NCBI GenBank assembly: GCA_964463605.1
Contig: CAYXBZ010000001.1
Coordinates: 26,357 to 71,841 of the forward strand
Length of the DNA: 45,485 nucleotides
Reading direction: 5' to 3'
DNA from: an uncultured Pseudomonadales bacterium
GTDB lineage: Bacteria; Patescibacteriota; Microgenomatia; UBA1400; PJMF01
Shown here: positions 42,475 through 45,485 of the stretch, piece after piece
Layout: every line of letters begins with the position of its first letter
Numbering within the stretch: position 1 is the stretch's first letter
The notes under the pieces: generated by a model
What the model was told of the DNA's origin: nothing
The model's database searches: none
Seen by the model: the letters and a program-made list of their open reading frames with translations, nothing else
Position numbers and translations under genes: made by a program

Positions 42475-43605
42475 ATGTTTTTACATAAGTTGTTACTTCA
42501 GGACTTTCGGCTGTTTTCTCAGCAAATTCTTGAGTTTCAAGATCAAACAAGTTTAATAATTGCTCCCAACGCAGGCGGAAAAAGCTCAATTTTAGAAGCA
42601 ATTTATTTACTTGCTTCAGGGCAAAGTTTTCGCGCCGACAAAGTGGAGGAAATGATCTCCTTTCAAGCCGATGTTGCACAGGTTAAAGCAAAGATTTATT
42701 CTCAGCAACCAAAAAACACAGCAGAAAATGATTTGTTGAGTGGTTTGGACGAACTACAGCTGGCAGTGCTTCTGACAAGAGGACAAGTTAATGGCAAGCG
42801 CACCAAAAAACAGCATTACTCGGTAAATGATAATAAAAGACTAAAAAAAGATTTTGTTGGAAATTTGTTGGCGGTTGTTTTTAGACCAGAAGACATGCGT
42901 TTGATTGAAGGTTCTCCGTCGCGCCGCCGCGACTATTTAAACTCGTCATTACTGCTAGTAGACCGTGAGTATCAATCAGCACTTAGGCAGTATGAGCAGA
43001 TCCTGCGGCGGCGCAACAAAATCTTGTCTTCAATTCAAGAAGGCACTCAGTCTCCTCAAGCTTTAACTTATTGGGACATGGGATTGATTAAGCATGGTGA
43101 AAAGCTGCAGGAGAAACGCAGAGAGTTGAGTGAGTTTATTAATAGCATTGTTGAAGCCCCACTTAAATTTAGATTTGAGTATCAGCCGTCAACCATTACT
43201 CGAGATAAACTTGAGGCTCGACGCCGCTCGGAGATTGGAGCAGGTTTTACCTTAATCGGTCCTCACAAAGATGACTTTGAGGTTCAGATTAAATTGGGGG
43301 CAAGAGGAACTGGAAAAAACTTTGTCTCATTAGATGCCTATGGTTCGCGAGGCCAAAAAAGAATGGGCGTGCTATGGCTTAAGAAAGCTGAACTAGCTTT
43401 TCTTAAGCACAAGACAAACAAGTCTCCTTTGTTGTTGCTTGACGACATTCTTTCTGAGCTGGATGACGAAAATAGACTTAGGGTGCTGCAGTTGGTTGAT
43501 GGAGAGCAGACCATTATTACTACAGCCGATGAGGACTTGGTGCAAGAGATTCAGGATCAGTTTTCAAGTTTGCAGATTATCAAGCTTAAGAGTGCGTCGG
43601 ATTAG
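42475..43605 (+). CDS. recF: DNA replication and repair protein RecF
   Basis: The N-terminus is MFLHKLLLQDFRLF. Walker A is APNAGGKSSILEAIYLL. SMC-type signature and Walker B are LLLLDDILSELD. ATG 42475 is preferred over the upstream alternative start at 42376. Confidence 0.85.
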   Translation: MFLHKLLLQDFRLFSQQILEFQDQTSLIIAPNAGGKSSILEAIYLLASGQSFRADKVEEMISFQADVAQVKAKIYSQQPKNTAENDLLSGLDELQLAVLLTRGQVNGKRTKKQHYSVNDNKRLKKDFVGNLLAVVFRPEDMRLIEGSPSRRRDYLNSSLLLVDREYQSALRQYEQILRRRNKILSSIQEGTQSPQALTYWDMGLIKHGEKLQEKRRELSEFINSIVEAPLKFRFEYQPSTITRDKLEARRRSEIGAGFTLIGPHKDDFEVQIKLGARGTGKNFVSLDAYGSRGQKRMGVLWLKKAELAFLKHKTNKSPLLLLDDILSELDDENRLRVLQLVDGEQTIITTADEDLVQEIQDQFSSLQIIKLKSASD

Positions 43606-43610
43606 CTTTT

Positions 43611-44567
43611 CTAGTTTCCTGGATTGTTTTTTCTGCCTTGATTACTTAACAGACTCCAGAGTACTTGGGGAATTGTCTCCACCAAATTGGTGGCGTTGTA
43701 AAAAGGCCCAACTTGCGAAAAAAGTTTATCTCCCGCTGCTTTATTCACAAAGCTGGCTGCTATCATGCTTGGTAAAGCCTCATTAACTGTGTAGAGGCCA
43801 GCGAGCAATCCTGCCAAAACGTCACCAGTACCACCTTTGGTTAGACCAGCATTACCTCCTTGGATGAAATAAGTTTGTTGTTGATAAATAATTTGGTCAA
43901 CTTGGCCTTTCAATAAAATCGAGCAGCAACCAAGTTTTTGAGAAATATCCTCAAGAGATGTTGGTTTTTCTTGATTACTTATTTTTCCATCAGTGGTGTT
44001 ATTAATGAGAATTTCTAGCTCTTTGTGGTGGGGGGTAATGATGCAGTTTGAGTTGAGAAGTAGGGGGTCAATCATTTGTAGGGCGCCGGCGTCGATTACC
44101 CATTTTTTTGCTTGATACTTTGCCAACAGATAGTTTGAAATTTTTTGAGTACTGTTCTCCCAGTCTTCCTTGCCTGGTGGATGTTGCAAATAAAACTCTC
44201 TTGATTGATGGTGATAATCTGAAGCTAATGGCTGTCGCTCCATCCCTGGACCAATTAAGATGCAGTCAGCTTCCCTCAAATAATTTTCCAGATCATTTCG
44301 TGAAACCACGATTCCATTCCAAAATTCTTGCTTTGCCTGACTAATCAATCGATTGTTGCTGGGAACAGATGAGTAAAAAACCATATCAACTAATTTTGAA
44401 GCAATTTCCAAACTCCAGCGGCTGGCAGCGTGAAAAAGGTTTGATCCTCCAATAATCAAAAGCTTGCCATTTTCACCTTTGCGAGAGTTCGGCTGAGGAA
44501 GATTGAGTTGGGCAAGATAACTCAAGACTTGTTCTAGTTTGAGCGGAGCAGAGCTTCTTGGGAACAT
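43611..44567 (-). CDS. nnrD: ADP/ATP-dependent NAD(P)H-hydrate dehydratase (YjeF C-terminal / carbohydrate kinase family)
   Basis: Contains GENGKLLIIGGS, VIDAGAL, ITPHHKELEIL, ILLKG and GLTKGGTGDVLAGLLAGL. ATG 44567 is preferred; it sits 1 nt after the stop of the upstream gene. Confidence 0.8.
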   Translation of the reverse strand: MFPRSSAPLKLEQVLSYLAQLNLPQPNSRKGENGKLLIIGGSNLFHAASRWSLEIASKLVDMVFYSSVPSNNRLISQAKQEFWNGIVVSRNDLENYLREADCILIGPGMERQPLASDYHHQSREFYLQHPPGKEDWENSTQKISNYLLAKYQAKKWVIDAGALQMIDPLLLNSNCIITPHHKELEILINNTTDGKISNQEKPTSLEDISQKLGCCSILLKGQVDQIIYQQQTYFIQGGNAGLTKGGTGDVLAGLLAGLYTVNEALPSMIAASFVNKAAGDKLFSQVGPFYNATNLVETIPQVLWSLLSNQGRKNNPGN

Positions 44568-44568
44568 G

Positions 44569-44892
44569 TTAGTTCTTAATTTTATCTTTTTTTCCAGATT
44601 TTTGCTCTTGCTCAGATTGACTACTTTTTTCAAGTCTTCGTTGTACTTTTGCGAGCTCCATAGTGACTATCACCGCTAGGGTGGTAACTACCAATGAGTA
44701 CACGAGAAGAGAAATAATTCCTCCTCCCTCTCCCAAAATTGGAGTTAGGTACTGTGATACAGCAGTGCGAATCAACTCATTCCAGGCTAAAGCAACTACC
44801 AAGCCAAAACCACTGGTTGATAGAGTAATAATGTTTTTGATGATCGCCAAGGGCAATTCATCTAGGTGTTGGGGTGTTTGTATTTTTGACAT
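44569..44892 (-). CDS. DUF5654-like small membrane protein
   Basis: 107 aa. Contains GFGLVVALAWNELIRTAVSQYL plus a second helix (ISLLVYSLVVTTLAVIVTM), a pattern I associate with DUF5654. Confidence 0.55.
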   Translation of the reverse strand: MSKIQTPQHLDELPLAIIKNIITLSTSGFGLVVALAWNELIRTAVSQYLTPILGEGGGIISLLVYSLVVTTLAVIVTMELAKVQRRLEKSSQSEQEQKSGKKDKIKN

Positions 44893-44894
44893 AT

Positions 44895-44909
44895 GTCGTA
44901 TTATACGAC
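44895..44909. promoter_or_regulatory. Palindrome GTCGTA-TTA-TACGAC embedding a minus-strand TATAAT 7 nt upstream of the ATG at 44892
   Basis: Read directly. The -10 (plus strand attata, 44900-44905) lies inside a perfect 6-bp inverted repeat. No Shine-Dalgarno. Confidence 0.4.
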
Positions 44910-45122
44910 TTCTATTTTTTTATGCATTAATTTGTTGAGAGAAGATAGTACGTTGTTAATGTCAACCGAGTTTTGAACTTAAATTTGTTGTTGATGAATA
45001 TTTAATCCTGCATTTTTTGCAAAAATCGATTAGAATGTCGATCACTAGCTAGTATTTTTAAAGGTGTTTTCCGTTTTGTTTAACGTTAAGCAAAAACAAA
45101 AAATTGATTTAACAATAAGAAA

Positions 45123-45485
45123 ATGTATCAGCCTAATTTTTCATTAACCAACAATCTTCTTACTTATGTAAGCTCAATCGAGTCAGCCAAGGCTTTAATT
45201 GATCATTCACCACTCGTTCCGGCCTGGGATGCTAAATTCAAAAAAGATGCTATGGCAAGAACGATTCACTTTGGAACTAAGATTGAAGGGAATGACTTAA
45301 CTCAAGATCAAGCTCAAAAGGTAGCTCGTTTGGAACTGGTAGACGATCCTGAAGAAGCAGCGAAGCGAGCGGGCATTATTGCCCGCGAGCGCGATATCCA
45401 AGAAGTGCTTAATTATAGAAATGTTATTAAATGGATTGATGAGCAGGATGCCACTCTGGCATCTGGATTGCTGTCCGAGAAAACT
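45123..45485 (+). CDS. Fic/DOC family protein, N-terminal part (truncated by window end)
   Basis: Open frame from ATG 45123 to the window edge (121 codons): MYQPNFSLTNNLLTYVSSIESAKALID...ARTIHFGTKIEGNDLTQDQAQKV... This matches the Fic N-terminal region pattern (S..IEGN.LT). The catalytic HxFx(D/E)GNGR motif would lie beyond the window. Confidence 0.55.
   Translation, partial: MYQPNFSLTNNLLTYVSSIESAKALIDHSPLVPAWDAKFKKDAMARTIHFGTKIEGNDLTQDQAQKVARLELVDDPEEAAKRAGIIARERDIQEVLNYRNVIKWIDEQDATLASGLLSEKT

Noticed and set aside
1-45485. CRISPR arrays, IS elements/transposases, rRNA genes, and alternative genetic code (UGA recoding)
   Set aside because: None seen. There are no spaced direct repeats and no transposase or integrase motifs. 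Long ORFs are intact under the standard code, and TGA is used as a genuine stop (for example at the DUF35 and idi gene ends).

Overview
This is a compact, AT-rich chromosomal segment under the standard genetic code (long intact ORFs; TGA used as a stop). It spans the replication origin of what looks like a small-genome Patescibacteria/CPR-type bacterium; that taxonomic call is an inference from gene content.

Layout, left to right:
1. A degenerate DHH-fold gene (86-1072).
2. A Gram-positive-type T4SS-like locus (1270-16250). It holds a VirB6-like polytopic protein, an orphan ~970-aa soluble protein on the opposite strand, a 1296-aa membrane protein ending in an M23 peptidase, a bitopic protein, a PrgI/VirB3-like protein fused to a beta-sandwich domain, a protein that resembles only the VirB4 N-domain, and a VirB4 ATPase. 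No relaxase or coupling protein is in the window.
3. dnaA, an oriC-like spacer with TTTTCCACA-type DnaA boxes, dnaN, and the rpmH-rnpA-yidD-yidC-jag block.
4. RNase HI, a 1056-aa DUF4012 protein, L25/Ctc and valS.
5. A mevalonate/isoprenoid operon mixing archaeal-type and bacterial-type parts: class I HMG-CoA reductase, archaeal-type HMG-CoA synthase, thiolase, a DUF35 OB-fold protein, type 1 IDI, an embedded Nudix gene, isopentenyl phosphate kinase and uppS.
6. Seven tandem VirB2/TrbC-like pilin paralogs on the minus strand (36332-39866).
7. An AbiEii-type nucleotidyltransferase toxin pair next to tRNA-His.
8. An ECF sigma cluster, recF, nnrD, a DUF5654-like gene and a truncated Fic gene.

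I saw no CRISPR array, transposase, integrase or rRNA.

The best candidates for poorly described biology are the split secretion/pilus system (the oriC-adjacent T4SS-like core plus the distant seven-gene pilin array, in which one pilin carries uniquely strong expression signals and another a Cys-rich tail), the orphan giant proteins inside the T4SS locus, and the Nudix gene translationally coupled inside the mevalonate operon.

All family assignments come from motif recognition by eye. No database search was run.
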